Assembly (NCBI RefSeq): GCF_049075655.1 | Contig: NZ_CP157522.1 | Span: forward strand, 96,001-160,000 | Direction of reading: 5' to 3' | DNA length: 64,000 nt | From: Methanothermococcus sp. Ax23 | GTDB taxonomy: Archaea; AGJL01; Methanococci; Methanococcales; Methanococcaceae | In this document: positions 42,582 through 51,787 of the stretch, piece after piece | Position numbering within the stretch: position 1 is the stretch's first letter | Layout of the letters: every line of letters begins with the position of its first letter | Made by a program: the position numbers and the translations under genes | The notes under the pieces: generated by a model | Database searches by the model: none | What the model was told of the DNA's origin: nothing | What the model saw: only the letters and a program-made list of their open reading frames with translations

Positions 42582-45185
42582 ATGATGGTGAAAATAAAAT
42601 CAAATCAAATGTTCGAATCAAAAGTTTTCAGGACGGAAGTAAAATTTTATTTTAATAACACATTTATCAAAATATTTAAAAAATATAGGTTAAATCCTGC
42701 AAAAGGAGGAAAACTTTTTGAGGATAAAATTAGAAAAGGGGAAATAAATGGAGTGGATTTACCTGACATGAGTTATCCTATGCATATATTAAATGGAATA
42801 GTTCCTTCTTTAAAAGTTTTAGAAAATAAATGGTTGGATAGGGGTTTAATAAATAAAAATGATGAAAACAACGATATAAAAATGCTCATAAGGTGTTTAT
42901 GCATTGCATACACATTTCATGATATCAACAAATTGCACAATGAAATTGACCTAAAAAAATCAATTGAAGAATATCTTGAAGATGATTTAAACGATTTGAA
43001 ACTTGAATTAAATGAAGAAGAAAGAGAAATCATAAAATATCTTGTATTGGCAACAGAGGAGAGAACGAGATTCACAATTTCAGATGAAAAGTTACCTTCA
43101 AGATTGGGCATTGATAGATTGATAAAAGATGATTTAATTGAGATTATTCATTTGGCAGATGGCATTTCTATTCCAATAAACGAATATGGGGAGTTGTTGA
43201 GAATTTGGAAAAAATTAAAGGAACATGTAGATGTAAATATAGTTTATTTTGATGAAACACCATATGAGCTCTTAACAAGATTTGTTGTTGAAAGGTTGAG
43301 GGAAGAAGTAAATTGTTGTTATATTATATCACCAAGAGGGTTTATTTATGAGGGGGATTCAAATTTGGATGATATTGGAAACCATACTACTTATTTAAAA
43401 AGAACTTTTGAAGATTTTTTACTTAGAAATGTTGAAAAACTTATTACAGTAGATAGACAAAAAGCTCAGCTTGATGTGTTTAGATTTATTGACATAAATA
43501 TGGAAAACATGCGAAAGTTTATGGATAAAATCCTTAAAAAATACGAGTTTGATTATTTTTATAGGGGAATTACAAAAAACGAGGAAATAAATGAGTTATT
43601 TGTTAAAGAATTCGAAGGATTTAATGATGATGAAAAACGGCAATTTATACTTTTAAAATTTTTACTGCAATTAACACCGACTGAAAGCAATAAAAAGGAT
43701 GTTAAGTTGTTGAAAGATAAATTAAGTAAAAAATATTTTGAAGTTAATAATTCCTTCAATATGAATGAAAAAATTGTTGATGATATTAAAAATAGTAAAG
43801 ATACAGGTTTGAAAAACTATTTGAAATTGTATCTTGCTACAAAAGTTGGATTTAGTGAAGAAGATATATTAAACGATTTAAAATATCTATTAAATGAAAA
43901 TTACAAGGGTTCCGAAAAAGTTGATTTAAACATAGTAATTAACGAGATTATGAATTATATATATTTAAATGGCGTAAAACTAAAAAATATAGATGTAAAG
44001 GACATAGGGTCAAAAAAGAAAATTTGTTCATTATGTGGATGCGAATCCGAGATTGTTGCAAACCAAAATTTATGTTTTGGGTTTAAACCAAGAGGATTTA
44101 CTAACAGAACCGTAGTATCCTTGAATAACACTGCTAAAAATATATGTCCGTTATGTTTAACCGAAGTTATATTCAGAAAAATAGTTTTCGGCAATAAGGA
44201 AAATGTTCAATCAGTATATATCGATGCCTACGATTACTTTGTTCCAATACTCGATGAAGAATTAACAAAATATGTGGAAGAAATGTCTGAAAACTTAGGG
44301 AATTTCTTAAAAAACGATATTGAGGATTATAAAAATTCCATAGTATATGGATTTAGGGTTAAAAGTGGGGAGGAACTAACTCCATTTTTAATGAGTTTTG
44401 TGGATATATCAAATCAGGTTGATTTCATAAGATTTTATAGAAATATATTGAATTTTGTATATAACACAGGTTTTAAAGTTTATCTAACTTATCCGTTTAA
44501 TCCAGACAAAATAAAGAAAGAGACTACATTATTTGATTATTCCCCTAAATCATTTAAAAAATTAAAATGGGAACGGGTGAGGATTGATGAAATTGAAAAT
44601 GTAAAAAAAGAGTTTGATTTATTATGGAAGTTAGGGTATACAATAAAAGGAGGGTCTAAATCCGCAAACATTGTAGTTTCTCTGTTTAACGACTATGCAG
44701 ACAATCCAATGGCATTTTTTTACTATTTATCTAAATTAGATAACCCATCATCTTTTGTGAATAAAGATGAGGTTGAATTAAATCCCATTGTAAAAAGAAT
44801 TGGTGGTGAGAAAATGAATATTTTAGAAAAACTTGCAGATGTGGCTTCTGATATAGAGTGGTCAAGTAAAAGTGCTTCATCCAAAACATCCATGATTAGG
44901 GAAAGTTTGGATGTATTAAAAACTGGGGTTAAAAAGGGGTATGATGAAGAGAATATAAAGGCATTAATGGCAGGTATGCTTTATCGAAAGTATCCTTATC
45001 AAAGTAAAAAAGAACGGATAGAAGAATTTTGTAATATATTATATAATGAATTATTTAAAGGCGTATGGAAGGGGAAGATTCCATCTAAAAAAGAGCAGAG
45101 GTATTGGACATACGGGTTTGGCCTATATTACTCAATAAAATCCGATGAAAAAAGAAAAGAGTATTTTTCTAAAAAAGAAAATTAA
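42582..45185 (+). CDS. cas10d: Type I-D large subunit Cas10d with N-terminal HD nuclease
   Basis: H..HD..H.AD pattern (MHILNG, FHDINK, HLAD), Zn finger CSLC..CPLC. It precedes csc2, csc1 and an HD-less cas3'. Confidence 0.82.
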   Translation: MMVKIKSNQMFESKVFRTEVKFYFNNTFIKIFKKYRLNPAKGGKLFEDKIRKGEINGVDLPDMSYPMHILNGIVPSLKVLENKWLDRGLINKNDENNDIKMLIRCLCIAYTFHDINKLHNEIDLKKSIEEYLEDDLNDLKLELNEEEREIIKYLVLATEERTRFTISDEKLPSRLGIDRLIKDDLIEIIHLADGISIPINEYGELLRIWKKLKEHVDVNIVYFDETPYELLTRFVVERLREEVNCCYIISPRGFIYEGDSNLDDIGNHTTYLKRTFEDFLLRNVEKLITVDRQKAQLDVFRFIDINMENMRKFMDKILKKYEFDYFYRGITKNEEINELFVKEFEGFNDDEKRQFILLKFLLQLTPTESNKKDVKLLKDKLSKKYFEVNNSFNMNEKIVDDIKNSKDTGLKNYLKLYLATKVGFSEEDILNDLKYLLNENYKGSEKVDLNIVINEIMNYIYLNGVKLKNIDVKDIGSKKKICSLCGCESEIVANQNLCFGFKPRGFTNRTVVSLNNTAKNICPLCLTEVIFRKIVFGNKENVQSVYIDAYDYFVPILDEELTKYVEEMSENLGNFLKNDIEDYKNSIVYGFRVKSGEELTPFLMSFVDISNQVDFIRFYRNILNFVYNTGFKVYLTYPFNPDKIKKETTLFDYSPKSFKKLKWERVRIDEIENVKKEFDLLWKLGYTIKGGSKSANIVVSLFNDYADNPMAFFYYLSKLDNPSSFVNKDEVELNPIVKRIGGEKMNILEKLADVASDIEWSSKSASSKTSMIRESLDVLKTGVKKGYDEENIKALMAGMLYRKYPYQSKKERIEEFCNILYNELFKGVWKGKIPSKKEQRYWTYGFGLYYSIKSDEKRKEYFSKKEN
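44814..45185 (+). CDS. cas11d: Putative internally translated Cas11d small subunit (123 aa)
   Basis: In-frame ATG at 44814 is preceded by a strong RBS (GGTGGTGAG, 44802-44810). The downstream domain looks helical. Confidence 0.7.
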   Translation: MNILEKLADVASDIEWSSKSASSKTSMIRESLDVLKTGVKKGYDEENIKALMAGMLYRKYPYQSKKERIEEFCNILYNELFKGVWKGKIPSKKEQRYWTYGFGLYYSIKSDEKRKEYFSKKEN

Positions 45186-45227
45186 TTAACTTATATAAAT
45201 ATAAATAAAGGTAAATGGTGATATAAA

Positions 45228-46256
45228 ATGGCAAAACAAAAAATAGAACCTGTTGAGATACAATATGATAAAGAAGTTGTTAATGAGTTTAGAGAAAAAA
45301 TTTACTCCATAATACCGAGTGAATACTTCCAAGATGAATTTGACAAGAGAACACCAAATGTAATAAAAGTGGCAACTATTAGGGAAACTACAGGATATTT
45401 AATAAACCGTTCAACTGAATCAGACGAAGTGATAAGCACATCAATTGATAACAAAGAACCTGTTGTAATTCCATCAAGAAAATTAAAATCAAAGGAAAAA
45501 TTAACTGGTTTAATATTGTGCAGAAAATACCATGTTGTTCATCCAAAATTGGAGTATAATTTTATAAAAGAATCAAAACAATTGGCAAATCCAAATTCCA
45601 TAATATTCGGTGATTCAGTAACTCAATCCAACGATTCCACAGGTCTCCCAGCAAGGGCGATATATGAATGGGCGTATTCAATAAGAGATAAAGACGAAAT
45701 AACCGAAGAATTTACCCATAACGCACTAAGTGAAGAGGGGACAATGTGGGACAAAGACAAGGGTTCTCAAAGGCAGAGTTTGTATGAAATTCAATATATT
45801 AAACCAGGAGTTTATTTCCCACAGTTTTTAACATTCTATGATATTACACCAGAGGGTTTTCTGCATACAATAATTTCCCATGTAAAAACCATACGGTATG
45901 GAGCTCAGCAAAATGTAATGGATGCAAACATGAAAAACAATATAATTGCCATTGCATTGGATACCTTTGAACCACCTGTATCTTCCTATTCAATATCCAA
46001 AGAATTTACGGGAGAGGTTAATTTTGAGAACATTCGGAAATTTATTACAGATAAATTAAATAACAATTCATCTGTTGTTATTAAAGACAAAGAATTGGAA
46101 GAGTTTAATTCATTAGTAGATGAATATTTGAATGATGATGAAAAACTAAAGCAGTTGTATTTAAAAATGCTCAATGATAGCATAAATTATATGATAAAAT
46201 GTAACATATTAAAAAATAAAGAAGTGGATAATTTATTGAAAGAATTGGGTGTCTAA
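45228..46256 (+). CDS. csc2: Type I-D Cas7 (Csc2)
   Basis: IRET.GY, IPSRKLK..EK, IFGDS, THNA.SE.GTM, PGVYFP, RYGAQ. Confidence 0.82.
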   Translation: MAKQKIEPVEIQYDKEVVNEFREKIYSIIPSEYFQDEFDKRTPNVIKVATIRETTGYLINRSTESDEVISTSIDNKEPVVIPSRKLKSKEKLTGLILCRKYHVVHPKLEYNFIKESKQLANPNSIIFGDSVTQSNDSTGLPARAIYEWAYSIRDKDEITEEFTHNALSEEGTMWDKDKGSQRQSLYEIQYIKPGVYFPQFLTFYDITPEGFLHTIISHVKTIRYGAQQNVMDANMKNNIIAIALDTFEPPVSSYSISKEFTGEVNFENIRKFITDKLNNNSSVVIKDKELEEFNSLVDEYLNDDEKLKQLYLKMLNDSINYMIKCNILKNKEVDNLLKELGV

Positions 46257-46257
46257 T

Positions 46258-46899
46258 ATGCTTAAACATTACAAAATAACCCTTCTTTCTCCATTATTTT
46301 CTTATAACAAAACAGAAGGGGGAGTAGCTTCAACTGAGCCGTTTATTGGAGATATTGCCTTAGACTATGCATTAAATTTTAATTTAGCTAAAAAAAGAGA
46401 ATACACATATCAGGTGAAAAATAAGCCTAATTACGAAGAAATAAAAGAATTTGGTTTCTTCTGGACGGTTGGAAGACCCATTGATGTTGAAAAAACAAGA
46501 ATATATGCAAAAAAAACTTCTGAAATCTCTGATTATATGGTTAGAAAGAATATTATTGAACAGATGGGGAAGGGATTATTTAAAAATTATTTCCACATAC
46601 AGGGAATCAAGGAGGGTTCTACTTTTGAAGCATCCCTATGGATGGATGATAAATCCATTAATCTTCCAGAGCGATTTACATTAAGGGTAGGCACAGGTCG
46701 AGAATGTTTGTTACTGTTGGAGGAAAAAGATACTAATGACAATAACAATTCAGAGCTCTGGTTAAATCTCTATACTATTAAAAAAATATTTGGAAAGGAT
46801 ATAAAATTGAGGGAGAATCAAAATATAAAATTTGTTTTATCTAACTACATATTGATTACCAATTGTAAGGATGATGATGTTTTAAAATTATTTGCTTAA
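46258..46899 (+). CDS. csc1: Type I-D Cas5 (Csc1)
   Basis: SPLF, IGDIAL.YA, C-terminal RVGTGR; lies between csc2 and cas3'. Confidence 0.72.
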   Translation: MLKHYKITLLSPLFSYNKTEGGVASTEPFIGDIALDYALNFNLAKKREYTYQVKNKPNYEEIKEFGFFWTVGRPIDVEKTRIYAKKTSEISDYMVRKNIIEQMGKGLFKNYFHIQGIKEGSTFEASLWMDDKSINLPERFTLRVGTGRECLLLLEEKDTNDNNNSELWLNLYTIKKIFGKDIKLRENQNIKFVLSNYILITNCKDDDVLKLFA

Positions 46900-46929
46900 T
46901 TTTTTTATTTAATTGAATTGAGGGGTATT

Positions 46930-48909
46930 ATGGAATGCTTAAATATTATTGTTTCTAAAAAATGTCTTCCTTTTGGAAATAAAATAATAGATAAATATAA
47001 TATAACCCTTCACAGGTTTCAAGAGATTTTTTATTCAGATATTGCTGAATTAAATAATATAAATTTTATCGTAGCTCCTACTGGGGCAGGTAAAACTTTT
47101 TCTTTTTCATTTCCAATTATTTATGCGGAGGATAATGGCTTTTTTACAAAACCAAGGGGTTTGATTGTAGTTCCCACAAATGCATTGGTAATGGATATTG
47201 AAAAAACCCTTAAAAATTTGGGAATAAAAACATCAGTATTAACAGGGAGCTCACTTACAGAAAAGGGTAGAAAAAGAGGGGAAGAATTAATTGAAATTAC
47301 AAAAAATAGCGAAATTGTTATAACAAATCCAGATATAATAAATTACTTGTTGCATGGTGGATATCACAGATTTGGGCACGTAAAAAATTTCCCGGATTGG
47401 AGCGAATTTTTTAGTAAATTTGATTACATTATTTTTGATGAATATCATCTATATGATGAGGAACAGCTTGGGACAATCTTAGTTTTATTTTTATCTACAT
47501 GGAACTATTTTAAAAAAATAAGGTGGTTTTTTGTTTCAGCTACCCCTGAAGAAAATTTAATGGAGCTCTTCAAAGAACATGGTATTATGTCAAATATAAT
47601 TACACAGCCATTGGACAACAATGGCAGTGGAAGAACAATCCAGGGGGAGATGGATATTGAATTTATTAAAATCTCAAAAAATATTGAAAGAAGTTTGTTT
47701 GGATATTTAATAACCGATGGAAAGCTAAACTACAATGTAAAAATGGAAATAATGTCATCATTATCAAAAAATGAAAAGGTTTTGATAATATTTAATTCAT
47801 TAAGGGATGCTATGAACTTTAAATATATACTTAAACAGGAATTGAAGGAAGAAGGCGTTAATATATGGATAGATACAGGATTGCAAACAAAAGAAAAAAA
47901 GGAAAATAACGACCTTAACCAAATGGAAAATGCCGATATTATAATTACAACTTCAAAGTCAGAAGTCGGAGTAAATTATCCAGTATCATTGTGCTATATG
48001 GATTCTGGGAGGTATTTAAGAAATTTTATGCAGAGGATTGGAAGGGTTGGAAGAGGCAGGGAAAAATGCAAGATATACTGCACTATCAATCCAAAAATAT
48101 ACAATAGACTAGCAGAAAATATCAATAATCAAATAGATTATTATGATTTTGTGGATTTAATGAAAAACGCCTTTGAAGATAAGGAATTTAAAAAAGATAA
48201 AATTCCTAAATTCTGCGGTGCGATTCTGTGGAGTCTTATAAACTCAATGGAAGAATGCCTATACAAGCAATCATACAATAGAAGAAAAATTTTAATGGAT
48301 TTAGCCGATAAATTTCAATACTATTGGGCATTCCATCACTTAAATAAAAAGATAAAGGCGATTGAAGACGATATTGACGAGGATATTGTTGATGAGGATG
48401 TGAGGCATAATCTATTGAAATGGTGGAAGACTATAAAAAATTCATTTAAGAGATTTAGAAATGACAGCATTATTTGGAAAGTAATATATGAGGATGGAAA
48501 AGAAACAGAATATGATTTAATATGGCTCTTAAATAATGCGTTTGTCAGAGTAGATAGAGAAAATAAAATTATTTTTATTGAAGATTTTAGGGATAAAAGG
48601 GAAAATGTAGTTGTAGGCATTGATACATATTCATTATTGGAGAATATCATGTCTGCCACAACTATCGGTGGAAACAATAAAGCTGAATGGTTTAAATTTA
48701 TATATTCTGACTATATTGGAGATATATTCATAGAAAAATTTGAGCAATGGAAACTTCATGCAAGAAAATATTTTGAAGATAAGGAATTTTTTGAAAATCT
48801 GACAAATGATATTGAAACGCTTTCCCCCATATACTCAAAAAAAAGAATTAAAATTTATGATTTAAAAGTTAATTTGGGGGAGATATTTAATGATGATGAC
48901 ATTCTTTAA
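46930..48909 (+). CDS. cas3: Cas3' helicase lacking an HD domain
   Basis: APTGAGKT, PTNAL, DEYH, SAT, QRIGRVGR. Confidence 0.88.
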   Translation: MECLNIIVSKKCLPFGNKIIDKYNITLHRFQEIFYSDIAELNNINFIVAPTGAGKTFSFSFPIIYAEDNGFFTKPRGLIVVPTNALVMDIEKTLKNLGIKTSVLTGSSLTEKGRKRGEELIEITKNSEIVITNPDIINYLLHGGYHRFGHVKNFPDWSEFFSKFDYIIFDEYHLYDEEQLGTILVLFLSTWNYFKKIRWFFVSATPEENLMELFKEHGIMSNIITQPLDNNGSGRTIQGEMDIEFIKISKNIERSLFGYLITDGKLNYNVKMEIMSSLSKNEKVLIIFNSLRDAMNFKYILKQELKEEGVNIWIDTGLQTKEKKENNDLNQMENADIIITTSKSEVGVNYPVSLCYMDSGRYLRNFMQRIGRVGRGREKCKIYCTINPKIYNRLAENINNQIDYYDFVDLMKNAFEDKEFKKDKIPKFCGAILWSLINSMEECLYKQSYNRRKILMDLADKFQYYWAFHHLNKKIKAIEDDIDEDIVDEDVRHNLLKWWKTIKNSFKRFRNDSIIWKVIYEDGKETEYDLIWLLNNAFVRVDRENKIIFIEDFRDKRENVVVGIDTYSLLENIMSATTIGGNNKAEWFKFIYSDYIGDIFIEKFEQWKLHARKYFEDKEFFENLTNDIETLSPIYSKKRIKIYDLKVNLGEIFNDDDIL

Positions 48910-48917
48910 GGGATATT

Positions 48918-49436
48918 ATGGATTTAACAAAGTCATTCAGGGACTTAAAAATCAGAGGAACACAGATAAACTACTACTTCATCTGTAAAACAAAACTTTA
49001 TCTTTTTTCGAAAAATATCCAAATGGAAAAAGAGAGCGATATTGTAGAGCTCGGCAATATAATTCATAGGAGGTCCTACAAAAACGAAAAAAGGGATGTG
49101 ATTATTGACAGTATAGCCATAGATTTTATAAAGAATAATGACGGAGCTCTGGAAATTCACGAGGTCAAAAAATCCGATAAAATGAAAACAGCAGATAGAT
49201 ATCAACTTCTCTATTATTTGTTTTATCTAAAAAAATTAGGCATAGAGGCTATTGGAATTATAAATTATCCTTCAAAACATAAGGTAGAAAAAATAACATT
49301 AACTGAAAAAGGCGAAAAAGAATTGATGAAAATTATTGAAGATATTGAAAACATAATAAATCGTGATGAACCGATAAAACCCGAAAGAAAGAGCTATTGC
49401 AAAAAATGTGCATATTATGAATTTTGCTTTTCATAA
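48918..49436 (+). CDS. cas4: Cas4
   Basis: YYFICK, ID, EVKK, QL.YY, CKKCAYYEFC. Confidence 0.93.
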   Translation: MDLTKSFRDLKIRGTQINYYFICKTKLYLFSKNIQMEKESDIVELGNIIHRRSYKNEKRDVIIDSIAIDFIKNNDGALEIHEVKKSDKMKTADRYQLLYYLFYLKKLGIEAIGIINYPSKHKVEKITLTEKGEKELMKIIEDIENIINRDEPIKPERKSYCKKCAYYEFCFS

Positions 49437-49451
49437 TACGCGGGGGAAAAT

Positions 49452-50417
49452 ATGAAATCGAATAAATACATTACAACCGATGGAAAACTTGTAAGAAAAG
49501 AAAATACCATATATTTTATAGATAAAAATGGGAAAAGAACTCCAATTCCAGTTGAAAAAATATATGCAATATATAGCTATGGTAGTTTGTCATATACTTC
49601 AAAGGTCGTTGAATTATTGGCAAAATATAATGTTCCGATTCATTATTTTAATAGAAATGGTTGGTATGTGGGGAGCTTCTATCCAAAGGGGGAGCGATTT
49701 TCTGGAAATGTTGTGGTGCATCAATCCAGTCATTATTTAGATAAATACAAAAGGAACCACCTTGCAAAGAAATTCGTTGAAGGTAGTGCTAAAAATATCC
49801 ATCGGAATCTAAGTAGATATAAGGTTGATTTTCCAATCGACGACATAATGAAGAGGTTGGATAATTCAAGCAACATAACGGATATAATGTCTGTTGAGGC
49901 ATTGATGAGGAATGAATACTACGGAAATTTTGATAAGATAATAAATAACTTTCAATTTGAAAAAAGAAGCAGAAGACCGCCACACAACGAGATAAATGCT
50001 TTAATCAGTTTTGGGAACTCGCTTTTATATGCCACAGTAATTACTGAAATATTCAACACATACCTTCATCCAACAATATCCTACCTGCACGAGCCGTCGG
50101 ATAGAAGATTTTCACTTGCCCTTGATATTGCCGATGTTTTTAAGCCGTTATTGGTGGATAGGGTAATATTTAATCTAATAAATAGGAAAATAATAAGGGA
50201 AGACCATTTTGAGAAGGATTTGAATTTCTGTCTGTTAAATGACGAAGGGAGAAAATTATTTTTAAGTTATTATAAAAAACAGCTTGAAAATACTATAAAA
50301 CATAGAAAATTAGGTAGAAATGTCTCATATCAGAGATTAATAAGATTGGAGTGCTACAAACTCCAAAAACATATTTTAGGGATGGAAAAATACGAACCTT
50401 TTATAATTTGGTGGTGA
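49452..50417 (+). CDS. cas1: Cas1
   Basis: NALISFGNSLLY, SYLHEP, LALDIADVFKP. Confidence 0.95.
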   Translation: MKSNKYITTDGKLVRKENTIYFIDKNGKRTPIPVEKIYAIYSYGSLSYTSKVVELLAKYNVPIHYFNRNGWYVGSFYPKGERFSGNVVVHQSSHYLDKYKRNHLAKKFVEGSAKNIHRNLSRYKVDFPIDDIMKRLDNSSNITDIMSVEALMRNEYYGNFDKIINNFQFEKRSRRPPHNEINALISFGNSLLYATVITEIFNTYLHPTISYLHEPSDRRFSLALDIADVFKPLLVDRVIFNLINRKIIREDHFEKDLNFCLLNDEGRKLFLSYYKKQLENTIKHRKLGRNVSYQRLIRLECYKLQKHILGMEKYEPFIIWW

Positions 50418-50425
50418 TGATTTAT

Positions 50426-50689
50426 ATGTATGTGATAATCGTTTATGACGTAGGGGTTGAGAGAGTAAATAAAATAAAGAAATTTTTAAGAACTTGGTTA
50501 AATTGGGTCCAAAACAGTGTGTTCGAAGGAGAATTAACTGAGTCCGAATTTTTAAAAGTGGAAGATGGGCTTAAAAATATAATTGATAAAGAATTAGATA
50601 GCATAATAATATTCAAATTAAGAGATAGAAAGTATATAGATAGAAAGGTATTAGGTATAGAAAAAAATATTCAATCAGATATATTATAG
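50426..50689 (+). CDS. cas2: Cas2
   Basis: YVIIVYDV, VQNSVFEG, DSI. Confidence 0.95.
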   Translation: MYVIIVYDVGVERVNKIKKFLRTWLNWVQNSVFEGELTESEFLKVEDGLKNIIDKELDSIIIFKLRDRKYIDRKVLGIEKNIQSDIL

Positions 50690-50702
50690 AGGGGAGGAGA
50701 TT

Positions 50703-51414
50703 ATGAGGGCAAAATTAGAGTTTAAAACTGAAAAAGGAACTTTAATCCCATTTAATCATCAGTATCATCTGGCATCTGCCATATACAATGTGCTTAACAA
50801 TGCCGATGGGGAGTATTCAAAAAAGCTTCATGACTACAAAAAATATAAATTTTTCACTTTTTCTTTGTTGAATATTCCTAAACGAAAAATGGACAAAAAT
50901 GGGATAATTACAAGAGACGGTAAGGTTTATCTATACTTATCTTCGCCAAATAACGAATTTTTAGGCAATTTTGTAAGTGGGATACTGGACTGTTATGGAA
51001 GTATTACAATTAATGGTGTAGAGCTCCTGCCAAATACTCTCACCATTGAAAAAATTCCAGAAGAATTTGATATATTGAAGACGATTTCTCCCGTTTATTT
51101 AAAAACTCTTGTTGATAACGAAAACGGTGCTAAAAAAATATATGATTTGCTTCCAGATGATGCCAAATTTTACGAGAACTTTAAAAATAACTTAAAAAGA
51201 AAGTATGAAGAGTTTTTATGGCAAAAAATGCGATTTGGATTTTAATTTTGAAATCTTAAAGTCAAAACAAAAAAGAATGAAAATAAAAAATACTTTTTGT
51301 AGATGTTCTGAATTGGTCTTTAAGGTTGAAGGAGATTATGATTTAATTAGATTTGGTTATGAGTGTGGATTTGGTGAAAAGAATTCTATGGGTTTTGGAA
51401 TGTGTAGGTTTTAA
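50703..51414 (+). pseudogene. cas6: Cas6 with a single-base frameshift
   Basis: IPFNHQY..LH..FFTFS in ORF1 and the G-loop GFGEKNSMGFG in ORF2. Deleting one T from 51213-51217 gives KYEEFYGKKCD. Confidence 0.85.
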
Positions 51415-51787
51415 ATCCTTACTATTAACTATTATTTTTTTATAATATTGGTTATTCTTTTTCTATTTTTGAAAATATCCCCTCTACTTTCGTCGTAAAT
51501 GTCTATTATTTTTGATATAATTAATAAATTTAAATAAATGAAATTATGGGGATTTTTAAAATATCTATACTATATTTAGTTATTTTATGGTTTTCCTTGC
51601 TAATTTTTTAAATTTTTAAAAAATACTTATAAAATATCGTTTATTTCTTTAAATATTTGTAAATTATCTGTCGTAGACGAACCCTAATACTATATATACT
51701 CTAAAAATCAATGTGATTCGAGATTCGAAAGTTTTAAATAGAAGAAATGCAAAGGTATTTAGTGTAAAATAAGGAATATTTTAAACT
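51415..51787 (+). promoter_or_regulatory. CRISPR leader with BRE/TATA-like element
   Basis: AT-rich, ORF-free segment. gaaagTTTTAAATA at 51727-51740 lies about 48 bp before the first repeat. Confidence 0.7.

Noticed and set aside
42582-45185. Possible type III Cas10 or type I-B Cas8b assignment
   Set aside because: No GGDD motif, and the N-terminal HD with Csc2/Csc1 and an HD-less Cas3' fits type I-D.
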